Source: Minisyncoccota bacterium (GTDB lineage Bacteria > Patescibacteriota > Minisyncoccia > Phycocordibacterales > DATDSR01). From it: a DNA stretch of 64,000 nucleotides. Shown in pieces: positions 19,373-28,882 of the stretch; within the stretch, counting starts at the first letter, position 1, and the number at the start of each line of letters is the position of its first letter. A program made the translations under genes and the position numbers. The stretch lies in NCBI GenBank assembly GCA_036517655.1, contig DATDVE010000016.1, positions 2,979-66,978 of the forward strand. The letters are read 5' to 3'. Under the pieces are notes generated by a model. It did no database searches. It saw only the letters and a program-made list of their open reading frames with translations, and was not told the origin of the DNA.

Positions 19373-20084
19373 TCTAGTTATAACTAGCGGGAGCATTCTC
19401 GCCCATGATTCTTTTGAGCCTGAGCTAGAGGCGAAGGCTTATATCGTCTACGATGTTAAAAACGATAAAGTGCTGCTATCTAAAAATAGCCACGCGCAAT
19501 TGCCACTTGCCTCACTCACCAAACTTATGACCGCATACGCAGCGAGAGAGCTAGGTAGTGCCGCGACCATGGAAGAAATGTGCTTCATGCTCGTGACTTC
19601 ATCCAATGAGATTGCCGAGGATATCGGTGGGCGCATAGGGGGCCATACAGGAGACGGACCAACCAGACTAAACATGTGGGCTACGGTATTAGACTTGAAG
19701 CAAACATTTTATCTCAACACGACTGGTTTAGATATTTCAGAAACATTATCCGGTGCCTACGGATCAGCGCAAGATATGGCTCGCTTAATCTCAGTTGTGG
19801 AAGACGAGCATCCGGAATTGCTGCGCTGTAGCGCACAAGGGACAGCAAGATACGGAGACAGTGAACTCTCAAATACTAATAAGGAAGCGGGGCGCACCAT
19901 TGGTCTCATTGGCTCTAAAACAGGCCTGACTGATCTTGCTGGCGGCAATTTGGCGGTGATAATTGATGTTGAGATTAATAGACCGGTTATTATTGTAGTA
20001 CTGGGATCAAGCGAGGAGGGGAGATTCCCTGATATAGATATTCTGCGTGAAGCAACTATTAGATTGCTGAATGAGAACCTATGA
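19332..20084 (+). CDS. D-alanyl-D-alanine carboxypeptidase-like serine peptidase (S11)
   Basis: Signal peptide, SxxK active-site motif (SLTKLMT), 250 aa. Overlaps the scpB 3' end. Confidence 0.6.
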   Translation: MRSLVALSLLITASLVITSGSILAHDSFEPELEAKAYIVYDVKNDKVLLSKNSHAQLPLASLTKLMTAYAARELGSAATMEEMCFMLVTSSNEIAEDIGGRIGGHTGDGPTRLNMWATVLDLKQTFYLNTTGLDISETLSGAYGSAQDMARLISVVEDEHPELLRCSAQGTARYGDSELSNTNKEAGRTIGLIGSKTGLTDLAGGNLAVIIDVEINRPVIIVVLGSSEEGRFPDIDILREATIRLLNENL

Positions 20085-21196
20085 ATATTCCCCGCTCCAG
20101 ACTGCCTGACACCATGCTCCTTGTTCTAGTAGGAATATTGGTTGTGGCGGGGATATTCGTTTTCATGTCTGCTTCATTCGGCTTGCTTCTCCGAGAGGGT
20201 CGCGAGTGGGGGAGCGTACTTTTCTCACAGTTCGTGTTAGGACTTGGAGGAGGTCTCGTGCTTGGCTTTGTCGCCTACAAAATTCCTCTGGTTCTGCTCC
20301 GAAAGTTTTCCGTCCACCTCTTCATTCTGGCCAGCATCATGTGCCTACTTGTCTTCGTCCCGGGCGTAGGCTTTAGTTCCGGTGGTGCGGCGAGATGGAT
20401 CCATCTTGGCGGCGTCTCAATCCAACCTTCTGAATTCCTGAAACTCGCCCTAGTGATCCTATTGGCTGCGTGGGCGGCCGCAAGAGGTGAGGAGATCCGT
20501 TCAGTACGTTATGGTCTCCTGCCCTTCCTCGCCATCACTACCATCGCCGGGGGTCTCTTGATTGCCGAACCGGACACGGGAACATTTGTTGTACTATTTG
20601 CGACGGCCTGTTCTATCTTCTTGGTCGCTGGCGGAAGGATCAAGCACTTGTTTTATCTTGGACTGGGAGCCTTAGTCTTGATCGGAGGACTGGCTCTTGC
20701 CCGGCCATATGTGAGAGCCAGAATTGCTACGTTCCTTGACCCAAGCAGTGATCCTCTGGGTAGTTCGTACCAGATTAGACAGTCACTACTTGCCATTGGC
20801 TCGGGACAAACTACGGGCAGGGGGTTCGGGCAAAGCATACAGAAGTTCCAATATCTCCCCGAACCGATAGGGGACTCTATTTTCGCTGTGGTCGGAGAGG
20901 AATTTGGCTTTATGGGTACTTTCACATTCGTTCTCTTGTTCCTGTTTCTATGCCTGCGCGGAATGATTGTGTCACTTAGAGCTCCGACCAAATTTCATAG
21001 ACTCCTCGGCGTTGGTATTGTTATACTTATAGTAATCCAGGCTTACCTGCACATAGGAGCCATGGTAGGGATACTCCCACTTACTGGCGTGCCCCTACCG
21101 CTCATATCCCACGGAGGCACAGCACTTATGTTTGCGCTCATTAGCCTGGGCCTGCTGTTACAAATATCCAGATATAGAACTCACGCAAATATATGA
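20081..21196 (+). CDS. ftsW: SEDS family peptidoglycan polymerase FtsW/RodA
   Basis: 371 aa, ~10 TM, FtsW/RodA conserved loop (PEPIGDSIFAVVGEEFGF). Immediately precedes murG. Confidence 0.8.
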   Translation: MNIPRSRLPDTMLLVLVGILVVAGIFVFMSASFGLLLREGREWGSVLFSQFVLGLGGGLVLGFVAYKIPLVLLRKFSVHLFILASIMCLLVFVPGVGFSSGGAARWIHLGGVSIQPSEFLKLALVILLAAWAAARGEEIRSVRYGLLPFLAITTIAGGLLIAEPDTGTFVVLFATACSIFLVAGGRIKHLFYLGLGALVLIGGLALARPYVRARIATFLDPSSDPLGSSYQIRQSLLAIGSGQTTGRGFGQSIQKFQYLPEPIGDSIFAVVGEEFGFMGTFTFVLLFLFLCLRGMIVSLRAPTKFHRLLGVGIVILIVIQAYLHIGAMVGILPLTGVPLPLISHGGTALMFALISLGLLLQISRYRTHANI

Positions 21197-22323
21197 AAAT
21201 ATTACTTACAGGCGGAGGATCCGGAGGCCATTTCTATCCACTTATTGCGATCGTCCAGGAGATAAACGATCTCGTGGCAGAGCGCAAACTTGTCGGGCCA
21301 AAGTTCTACTACATGTCCGACAATCCTTACGATGAGAAGGCGCTCTTCGAATTCGATATAAAGTTTATCAAAGTGCGAACGGGCAAGATGCGTTTGTACT
21401 TCTCGCTACGCAACATTCTCGACATTCCACTTACGATCTGGGGGGTACTGGTAGCTCTGTGGAAACTTTTTTTCCTTTTCCCAGATGTGGTCGTAGGTAA
21501 GGGCGGTTATGGGAGCTTCCCTGCCATCTTCGCAGCAAGACTTCTGCGTATACCCGTAGTCATCCACGAATCAGATTCGGTGCCAGGCCGCGTGAATAAG
21601 TTCGCAGGCAAATTCGCGAGAAGAATCGGCATCGCCTACGAGGACGCAGCTAACTACTTCCCCAAGGACAGAACTGCTCTAGTGGGAATACCCGTGAGAC
21701 GAGAATTGCGGGAACCAAGAACCGAGGGCGCCTACGAATTCCTCAAGCTTGAAAGTGGTGTGCCGATCGTACTTGTCCTGGGCGGCTCGCAAGGAGCACA
21801 GGCAATTAATGAAGTCATTGTGGACATTCTTCCTGAACTTCTAAACAAGTACCAAGTCATTCACCAGGTAGGCACAGCAAATGTTGATGAAATCAAGTCG
21901 CGCTTGCCTGTTGTCTTGGGCAACCATCCGCACCTTGCAAGGTACAAGATGTTCGGCTTTCTCTCGAGCACGGCGCTTGCAATGTCTGCGGGTGCGGCCA
22001 AGCTTGCCGTCACGCGCGCCGGGTCAACATTTATCTTCGAGATTGCCGGCTGGGGGTTACCTAGCATTGTTATCCCAATTCCGGAAAGCGTAAGCCGCGA
22101 TCAACACAGGAATGCGTACAACTATGCCCGTACCGGCGCAGCAGTGCTCATCGAGGAGAATAATCTCTCAACCCATATTCTGTTATCGGAAATAGAAAGA
22201 GTCATGTCGAGCCCAGATATCCAGAATAGTATGAGTGAGCACGCCAGAGCCTTCGCCAAACCCGAAGCGGGAAAAAAGATGGCCGAAGCAATCCTAGATT
22301 TAGTGCTATCCCATGAGCGATAA
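21193..22323 (+). CDS. murG: undecaprenyldiphospho-muramoylpentapeptide beta-N-acetylglucosaminyltransferase
   Basis: N-terminal GGGSGGH motif and a GT-B fold; ftsW-murG synteny. Confidence 0.85.
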   Translation: MKILLTGGGSGGHFYPLIAIVQEINDLVAERKLVGPKFYYMSDNPYDEKALFEFDIKFIKVRTGKMRLYFSLRNILDIPLTIWGVLVALWKLFFLFPDVVVGKGGYGSFPAIFAARLLRIPVVIHESDSVPGRVNKFAGKFARRIGIAYEDAANYFPKDRTALVGIPVRRELREPRTEGAYEFLKLESGVPIVLVLGGSQGAQAINEVIVDILPELLNKYQVIHQVGTANVDEIKSRLPVVLGNHPHLARYKMFGFLSSTALAMSAGAAKLAVTRAGSTFIFEIAGWGLPSIVIPIPESVSRDQHRNAYNYARTGAAVLIEENNLSTHILLSEIERVMSSPDIQNSMSEHARAFAKPEAGKKMAEAILDLVLSHER

Positions 22324-23593
22324 AGTAATCACACGATTTGCTCCTTCGCCGACGGGATTGTTGCATGCGGGGAATTATCGGACGGCTGTTTTTACTTACT
22401 TATTTACTCGCAAACTAGGTGGCGAATTTATCCTTCGGGTTGAGGATACCGATCGCTTGCGCTCAAAAAAAGAATGCACGGAAAATATTATTGAAAGCCT
22501 GAAGTGGCTTGGACTTGAATATGATAAATATGCGCTTCAGTCAGAAAGCATAAACAGACACAAAGAAGTACTTACTGAATTAATAAACAAGGATGCCGCG
22601 TATGTTTCGCACGAGAAGCACCCAGAAACTGGCGCTGACACAGAAGTTATCCGATTTCGCAATCCTGGCACTGACGTAACTTTCCAGGATCTCATTAGGG
22701 GTGAGATAACTATGCACACGGGGGACCTGGGTGACTTCGTGATTGCTAAGTCTATTTCCGAGCCACTCTTCCATCTTAGTGTTGTTGTGGACGATTTCGA
22801 CATGGGGATCACGCATGTGACAAGAGGGGAGGATCATATCTCTAACACTCCCAGGCAAATTCTTATTCAGAGAGCGCTCGGTGCTCCTACACCAGTATAC
22901 GCTCACTTGCCACTGTTATTGGGGACTGATAGGTCTAAGTTATCTAAACGTAAGGGGGCTAAAGCAATGACAGAATATCGAGACTTAGGCTATCTGCCAG
23001 AGACACTCATAAATTACATGGCCCTCCTGGGCTGGAACCCCGGCACCGATCAGGAGTTGTTTACAAAAGGAGAACTAATAGAGAGTTTCAGTTTTGAACG
23101 TGTGCAGAAAAGTGCGGCCATCTTTGACGAAACAAAACTCGATTGGCTCAATCGCGAACACATGAAGCGATTGTCTGAAAGTGAGCTCTTGGCCAGAGCA
23201 AAAGATTTTATACCGGCTGGCGCAGAGAAATTTTTGCCTTTATTACTTGAGCGCATAAATAAATTTGGAGACATTCCAGAATTATTGAATAATGGGGGAG
23301 AGCTAGACTTTTTAATCTCGCAGCCGAAGCCTTCTCGAGAATTATTAATCGGCAAGTCTGGTGCAACAGAATCAGAAATAAAAAATCACCTAAATTATAT
23401 TCTCGAAAAGGGGATAGAGAGGGAAGTGGTATGGCCCTATGCAGAACAAATGGGCAAGGGCAAGGTGCTATGGCCTATGCGTGTAGCGCTATCTGGCAGG
23501 GAAAAGTCCCCCGATCCCTTATCACTAGTAAAATATTTAGGCGAAAAGGAGGCTCTAAATCGCATCAAATCAGCCCTTGCAATTCTAGGCTAA
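22313..23593 (+). CDS. gltX: glutamate--tRNA ligase
   Basis: HIGH-region PSPTGLLHAGN and KLSKR (KMSKS-like) motif; 426 aa. Confidence 0.85.
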   Translation: MSDKVITRFAPSPTGLLHAGNYRTAVFTYLFTRKLGGEFILRVEDTDRLRSKKECTENIIESLKWLGLEYDKYALQSESINRHKEVLTELINKDAAYVSHEKHPETGADTEVIRFRNPGTDVTFQDLIRGEITMHTGDLGDFVIAKSISEPLFHLSVVVDDFDMGITHVTRGEDHISNTPRQILIQRALGAPTPVYAHLPLLLGTDRSKLSKRKGAKAMTEYRDLGYLPETLINYMALLGWNPGTDQELFTKGELIESFSFERVQKSAAIFDETKLDWLNREHMKRLSESELLARAKDFIPAGAEKFLPLLLERINKFGDIPELLNNGGELDFLISQPKPSRELLIGKSGATESEIKNHLNYILEKGIEREVVWPYAEQMGKGKVLWPMRVALSGREKSPDPLSLVKYLGEKEALNRIKSALAILG

Positions 23594-23624
23594 ATGTGAT
23601 ATTATATCGAAAGGGGGTGTCAAC

Positions 23625-23816
23625 ATGTATGTGACTGGACCGGCCCTTGCGATCGTGATCGTGCTGTCGGCGTTCGGGGCCGTCACCTGTATCGTCGGCT
23701 CCTTCCACATACTTCTGCTCCTGGGCAAAAAGCTGGACATCATGATCCAGCGAGGTCGCTACATTCGCAAGATCAAGGCCAAGATCAAGGCTCACAGGGC
23801 CCAGGATCAGCAGTAA
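23625..23816 (+). CDS. small GC-rich membrane protein (TM helix + basic C-terminal tail), likely horizontally acquired
   Basis: Strong RBS AAGGGGG 8 nt upstream and an extended -10 TGATATTAT. GC3-rich codons unlike the neighbours. Followed by a strong terminator. Confidence 0.55.
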   Translation: MYVTGPALAIVIVLSAFGAVTCIVGSFHILLLLGKKLDIMIQRGRYIRKIKAKIKAHRAQDQQ

Positions 23817-23832
23817 TGAAAGAGGGAGTCCG

Positions 23833-23875
23833 CCCGTGCGGCGCGCAGATTCATGCGCCGCGCGGGCTTTTCTCT
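23833..23875 (+). terminator. rho-independent terminator
   Basis: 12-bp GC-rich stem (CCCGTGCGGCGC / GCGCCGCGCGGG with one G-U pair) followed by CTTTTCTCTTT. Confidence 0.75.
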
Positions 23876-23895
23876 TTGTGTGATAAAATGGGTGG

Positions 23896-25176
23896 GTGGA
23901 TAGGAAAATTTATATAATTTTAGTAATTACACTTTCACTTAGCGCCCAGGGCGCTAAGTTGACAGGACTAGTTGAGGCGCAGGAGGTTGCGGGGCAGATT
24001 GGGGAGACACAGGCTAAGATTAAACAACTTGAGAGTGAGATTGCTAGTACGGAGAAGGAGCTGACTAAAACAGAGCGGGAGAAAAATACACTCTCGAATG
24101 CGGTAAAGAGTCTTGACTTGACTAAGAAGAAACTCGAGGCAGAGACTAAAATTACAGAGAATAAAGTCGCTCTCACCAGTAGTTCTATTGAGAGTTTGTC
24201 AGAGCAGATAATTGCTCACACGCAAGAAATTGATAAGCGCGTGGGGGATATTGCGATAGTACTGCGTAATATTGCAGGAGCGCTTGACGCAACACCCACT
24301 GAAATCTTTCTGTCTGACTCGAGCATTTCGGAGAAGCTCGATAGTATGTATACACTTGAGCGCTTGCAGAATCGCGTACGCATAGACTTAGAAGAACTCA
24401 AGGCAGTGCGTGTGAAGTTAATCTCTGATAAACAAGAGCTTGAGGAAGCCAGGGAGAAGCTCTTTGCCCTTCGTAGCGAACTCGGCGACAAGCAGAAGCT
24501 CGCCATACAGAATATTGAGAGTAAGAGCAAACTGCTTGCTGATACGAAGAATAAAGAATCTAGTTACAGAACTTTGCTCGACCAAAAGATTGCACAGAAG
24601 GCTGCATTCGAACAAGAGTTGCGTAATTTCGAAACTAAACTGAAGGGGATTGATGTTTCTAAGCTTCCCACGGGAGGAACAGGTATCCTAAGCTGGCCAC
24701 TTGCGAGTGTTTTAGTCACCCAGACGTTCGGCGATACCGAGTTCTCACGTTCGTCTGCTGGCGCTATATACAGAGGCAACGGCCATAACGGCATTGACCT
24801 GCGCGCATCTGTCGGAACTGCTGTATATTCTGCCGGCGGCGGAAAGGTAGCCGGCACGGGCAATACAGATCTCGGTTGTCCTGGAGGGTCGTATGGCAAA
24901 TGGATCTTGATAGACCACGGCAACGGTCTCTCAACTCTATATGCGCATTTATCTTTGCAGAGGGTGAGTACGGGTGAGGATGTTGAGCGCGGAGGCTTGA
25001 TTGGCTACAGTGGCAATACTGGCTACTCCACAGGACCGCATTTACACTTCACCGTTTATGCGTCAGAAGGTGTTAAAATTACTAAGCTGATCAGGGCAGA
25101 CGGTAGTGTCAGCAAGTGTGCTGAAATGCCCGTTTCGCCATTAAATGGCTATCTGAATCCACTATTGTACTTATAA
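23896..25176 (+). CDS. M23 family metallopeptidase with N-terminal coiled coil (EnvC/NlpD-like murein hydrolase factor)
   Basis: Signal peptide, ~250 aa coiled-coil region, LytM motifs (HNGIDL, HLHF). Confidence 0.8.
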   Translation: MDRKIYIILVITLSLSAQGAKLTGLVEAQEVAGQIGETQAKIKQLESEIASTEKELTKTEREKNTLSNAVKSLDLTKKKLEAETKITENKVALTSSSIESLSEQIIAHTQEIDKRVGDIAIVLRNIAGALDATPTEIFLSDSSISEKLDSMYTLERLQNRVRIDLEELKAVRVKLISDKQELEEAREKLFALRSELGDKQKLAIQNIESKSKLLADTKNKESSYRTLLDQKIAQKAAFEQELRNFETKLKGIDVSKLPTGGTGILSWPLASVLVTQTFGDTEFSRSSAGAIYRGNGHNGIDLRASVGTAVYSAGGGKVAGTGNTDLGCPGGSYGKWILIDHGNGLSTLYAHLSLQRVSTGEDVERGGLIGYSGNTGYSTGPHLHFTVYASEGVKITKLIRADGSVSKCAEMPVSPLNGYLNPLLYL

Positions 25177-25180
25177 ATAC

Positions 25181-25465
25181 ATGAACAAAGGCTTCATAAG
25201 CATGATACTCATCTTCGTAGTCCTAATTTTGATTGTGAGTGCCTTCAAGCTCAACTTGGGAGGTTATATGGACGCGAGCCCAGAGCAAGCCCTAGATAGC
25301 AATATAGTGCTTATAATTCAAACAGGGAAGATAGTTTGGTCAGATTACATCAAGGGGCCCTTAGTAACGATTTGGAATGAATACATAGCGCCGTTTGCAA
25401 GGGGTGACTGGCTTTCTAGTTTAAGGAGTAGGGAAGAAGCCCGCACAACCTTGCCACCAGAATAG
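25181..25465 (+). CDS. hypothetical small membrane protein
   Basis: N-terminal TM (ISMILIFVVLILIVSAF), 94 aa; directly downstream of the M23 peptidase. Confidence 0.4.
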   Translation: MNKGFISMILIFVVLILIVSAFKLNLGGYMDASPEQALDSNIVLIIQTGKIVWSDYIKGPLVTIWNEYIAPFARGDWLSSLRSREEARTTLPPE

Positions 25466-25572
25466 ATAGTCCATAATGTCGCAAAAGGTATATTGTGCGA
25501 CGTAGTGCTATATAAGTTATCCACAGTCACTTACTATTACAACACATCTCCCCTCTCTAGATCAGTGGACGT

Positions 25573-26397
25573 TCAGAGCTTCTCTAAAACTTTTTTAGAA
25601 TACTCCAGTAATTGTGCGCGCAGAATTTTATTTGAAGCAAACATAGAATCTTTCCAGCGCAGCTCGCTCTGCTTGTAATCCAGTGGACGACCAAGGAGAT
25701 CAGTGACCTCTCCCCCAGCCTCTCGCAGGATCGCCTCTGGAGCACAAGTGTCCCATTTGCTCAATCGTCTATTGGTAGCAATATAGACATCAGCACTACC
25801 GTCAGAAATTAATCCCAGCGCCACACCTATCCCCGAGGATGGTATACGTTTGCCCACGCTCATGGAATCAATGACTTCATATGAGGGGCGTACCTCGCTA
25901 CTATCTTTCCTGATAATTAGCCTGGCTTCGGATAGTGTCTTAGTAGCACTTACAAATATTTGCCTCCTAGATTCTTGCGCCAAAACAAACGCACCTCGTC
26001 CAACCTCTCCAAAATACAACAGATGTTTGCGTGGCACGTTAACCACACCGAATACTGGCCGACCGTTTCGACATAGTCCTATATGCACGCCGAAACTGTC
26101 ATCGCCCTTGATGTACGACTTAGTGCCATCGAGTGGGTCAATCATCCATACGTCACTAGAATAATCACTCGGAATCTCACTACTCTCTTCAGAAAGAATT
26201 GCGTTGGTGGGGAAGAGCTTGCCAATCGCCTCTCTGGCCATTGCATCCGCCTCTTTGTCGGCAATGGTTACAGGGTTAAAGCGATCGTTCTCTTTACTTT
26301 CTACGTTCAGGTTTCCGCTTTGATATCGCACAAGCAATTCACCAATCTTTTGAGCCAGCTCTATTACCTTGAGATATCTTGGGTCAGATAAGTCCAT
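25573..26397 (-). CDS. inositol monophosphatase family protein (SuhB/CysQ-like)
   Basis: IMPase metal-binding motifs (WMIDPLDGT, EES...). Confidence 0.8.
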   Translation of the reverse strand: MDLSDPRYLKVIELAQKIGELLVRYQSGNLNVESKENDRFNPVTIADKEADAMAREAIGKLFPTNAILSEESSEIPSDYSSDVWMIDPLDGTKSYIKGDDSFGVHIGLCRNGRPVFGVVNVPRKHLLYFGEVGRGAFVLAQESRRQIFVSATKTLSEARLIIRKDSSEVRPSYEVIDSMSVGKRIPSSGIGVALGLISDGSADVYIATNRRLSKWDTCAPEAILREAGGEVTDLLGRPLDYKQSELRWKDSMFASNKILRAQLLEYSKKVLEKL

Positions 26398-26418
26398 ATA
26401 TGTTTGTTATGCTTATAG

Positions 26419-26769
26419 TCACAGCCCCGGGCAATTAGCGGCGGGTGTGAGACCTCTGGCTTCGGCTTGCTCTTTACTCGAGAAATAAATCTTATTTTCT
26501 TCTTTTATTCTGCTCACGCCAGAACAAGAAAGTAGATAATATTTAGTGCCATTCCTTGATGCTACATAATTCTGCACTCCCCCACTCTCTCGAGCGGCTT
26601 GCCCGGCAAGCGTAGCGCCGAGGACTTCTGGTGCAAAGTTCAGTGGCTGCTCAATAACTAGATCTGGTTTATTTTCTTCTATCTTGGATAATCTACCTAA
26701 GCCAAACGAGAAGCTAGCAACTAATATGATAATTATGGGAATGAAGGCTGATTTGAAGCGCTCTTGCAT
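26419..26769 (-). CDS. membrane-anchored protein with C-terminal Ada-like metal-binding (sunset-type) domain
   Basis: N-terminal TM, then a C-terminal segment ([38 protein letters not shown]) matching the Ada N-terminal Zn-binding pattern. Confidence 0.45.
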   Translation of the reverse strand: MQERFKSAFIPIIIILVASFSFGLGRLSKIEENKPDLVIEQPLNFAPEVLGATLAGQAARESGGVQNYVASRNGTKYYLLSCSGVSRIKEENKIYFSSKEQAEARGLTPAANCPGL

Positions 26770-26801
26770 TTTTTTTCGTTTTCTGTATTATATCTCTTAC
26801 T

Positions 26802-27074
26802 ATGGCACATAAGAAGGCCGGCGGGTCAACAAAAAATTTACGCGATTCCAATCCCAAGTACTTGGGCATTAAACTTAGTGACGGCCAAATCGCTAAGTCT
26901 GGTTCTATTATCTTGCGCCAAAGGGGCACAGTGTACCTACCCGGCAGGAACGTAGGCCTTGGTAAAGATCACACAATTTTTGCCCTCAAAGAAGGTCTCG
27001 TAAAATTCGCCACCAAACGCAAAACAAGCTTCACCGGCAAGAGCAAAATCTCCCCCATAGTCAGCGTTGTGTAA
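26802..27074 (+). CDS. rpmA: 50S ribosomal protein L27
   Basis: [12 protein letters not shown]...[14 protein letters not shown] matches L27. Confidence 0.9.
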   Translation: MAHKKAGGSTKNLRDSNPKYLGIKLSDGQIAKSGSIILRQRGTVYLPGRNVGLGKDHTIFALKEGLVKFATKRKTSFTGKSKISPIVSVV

Positions 27075-27075
27075 T

Positions 27076-27498
27076 CTAGTTTTGGATATCAATGGTTACG
27101 CTTGACTTAGCGCCCTGGGCGCTGAGTTCTACTGTGTGATTGCCGGCGTGTTTGATGGGATGATCTAGGTTTATCCAATCTGGATCAATTTTTAGGATTT
27201 CTGCAATTTCTTTTTTATCTAGTGAGTCAAAGAGCGTCCCCTGCTCGTTTGCCTTGCGCTTCACCTCAAAAAAATTGCCATTTAAGTTTTCTAATATCGC
27301 TTTAATTTTTGTTTCGTCCCTTTCCTTGCGTGAATCGTGAATCTTGATTCGTGAATTATTGCGCGAGAGCGCTTCTGGCGTTGCCAACTGCGCAAGCTTA
27401 CGCGCAAGCAAAAAGTTGCGCCCATAACCATCAGCCACATTCTTAACCTCATATGCTTTACCCACCCCTTTCACATCACTTAGAAAGATTACTTTCAT
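27076..27498 (-). CDS. rplI: 50S ribosomal protein L9
   Basis: [30 protein letters not shown] is typical of the L9 N-domain. Confidence 0.85.
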   Translation of the reverse strand: MKVIFLSDVKGVGKAYEVKNVADGYGRNFLLARKLAQLATPEALSRNNSRIKIHDSRKERDETKIKAILENLNGNFFEVKRKANEQGTLFDSLDKKEIAEILKIDPDWINLDHPIKHAGNHTVELSAQGAKSSVTIDIQN

Positions 27499-27526
27499 AT
27501 ATTTTGATATTTAGAAATTTAGATAT

Positions 27527-28762
27527 TTAGAGATTAGAAATTACTTGAATAGCTTTCTCCAACTGCGGGTCGTCGCCCGATTCTATGTTTTCTTTTGTTA
27601 TCTCTACTTTATAGTCCGGTTCAAGACCCTTTTCCGAAATAGTCTCGCCATTTGGTGTGAGCCACCTGGCCACCGTTACCTTGAGCGCGGTTTCTCTCGT
27701 GACATCCACGAGCTCTTGCACAGAGCCCTTGCCGAAGGTTTTCTGGCCAACTAAGGAAATATTCTTTTGTTCGCGCAATGCTCCGGCCAATATTTCAGAT
27801 GCAGAAGCGCTCCCGCCGTCTATCAAGATCGCCATTTTGAGATTCTCGTTGAAGATATCGTAACCGCGGGATCTGTGTATCTGCTCATCTTTGCCTTCGC
27901 CAAAATATTCGCGAACAATTACTTTGCCTTCGGGCAGGAACCAGCTACCCATATCCACCGCCGCCTCAAGATAGCCTCCTGGGTTACCTCGCAAATCAAG
28001 CACCAACTTGTCGGTCTTAGAATCCACAAACTCCTGCAAGGCGTCTCTAAAGAGAGTCGGTGAGTTTGCGGAGAAACTATAGAGACTTATTATGAAAATC
28101 TGGTCTCCGTCGACTTGTCTAAGTTCTGTGTTCAGAACAGGTAGATCAATCTTAGCCCGCGTAATGACGATCTCCATTGGAGCCTCGGAATTTTGATGCA
28201 GGACGGTTAAGGTTACTTTCGTCCCGCCGGCACCGCGAATTCTCGTGACGGCCTCGTCAATTGAGAGGCTCTGTGTGCTCTCACCATCTATCTCGAGTAC
28301 CATATCGCCCGCGCGTACCCCGGCCCGTTCCGCCGGTGATCCCTTGAGTGGGGCAACGACAATAAGTACGTTATTCTTGATGGCAACTTCCATGCCCACG
28401 CCTTCGAAATTGCCGCTAATATCATCCTTGAATATCTCCGACTCTGTTGGCGGCAAGAAAACTGTATAAGGGTCCCCAACTGCCGCCACCATCCCAGATA
28501 TGGCACCCCACACTAACTTCTGGTTGAAAAGTGTAATCTCGGCCGGAGTGGTTGAGGAAATATCAGCTGGAACGTACTTCTCATTAAGAATGTTCCACGT
28601 CTGCCAGAACGGCTCGAAATCAACCAACGCTGTAATCTCATTATCCTTATTATCGAGTCCCTGTACTCGAACAATCTCGGGCACCTTCGAATACCCCACA
28701 TATGTGCCGGCTGCAAAAGCCACCAGACCTACCAGAACTCCGGATGCCATGCTCTTACGCAT
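27527..28762 (-). CDS. carboxyl-terminal processing protease (S41)
   Basis: PDZ domain plus S41 catalytic motifs (GGSASASEILAGAL, GKGSVQ). Confidence 0.85.
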   Translation of the reverse strand: MRKSMASGVLVGLVAFAAGTYVGYSKVPEIVRVQGLDNKDNEITALVDFEPFWQTWNILNEKYVPADISSTTPAEITLFNQKLVWGAISGMVAAVGDPYTVFLPPTESEIFKDDISGNFEGVGMEVAIKNNVLIVVAPLKGSPAERAGVRAGDMVLEIDGESTQSLSIDEAVTRIRGAGGTKVTLTVLHQNSEAPMEIVITRAKIDLPVLNTELRQVDGDQIFIISLYSFSANSPTLFRDALQEFVDSKTDKLVLDLRGNPGGYLEAAVDMGSWFLPEGKVIVREYFGEGKDEQIHRSRGYDIFNENLKMAILIDGGSASASEILAGALREQKNISLVGQKTFGKGSVQELVDVTRETALKVTVARWLTPNGETISEKGLEPDYKVEITKENIESGDDPQLEKAIQVISNL

Positions 28763-28882
28763 GCGTGATATAATAACACATAATTAAACGAAACGGGATG
28801 GATCCCATTAGAAGTATGGCTCTATAATACCACCAATATATGTCGAACGTATTTACAATAATCGTAAGTAACTTCTAACGGG

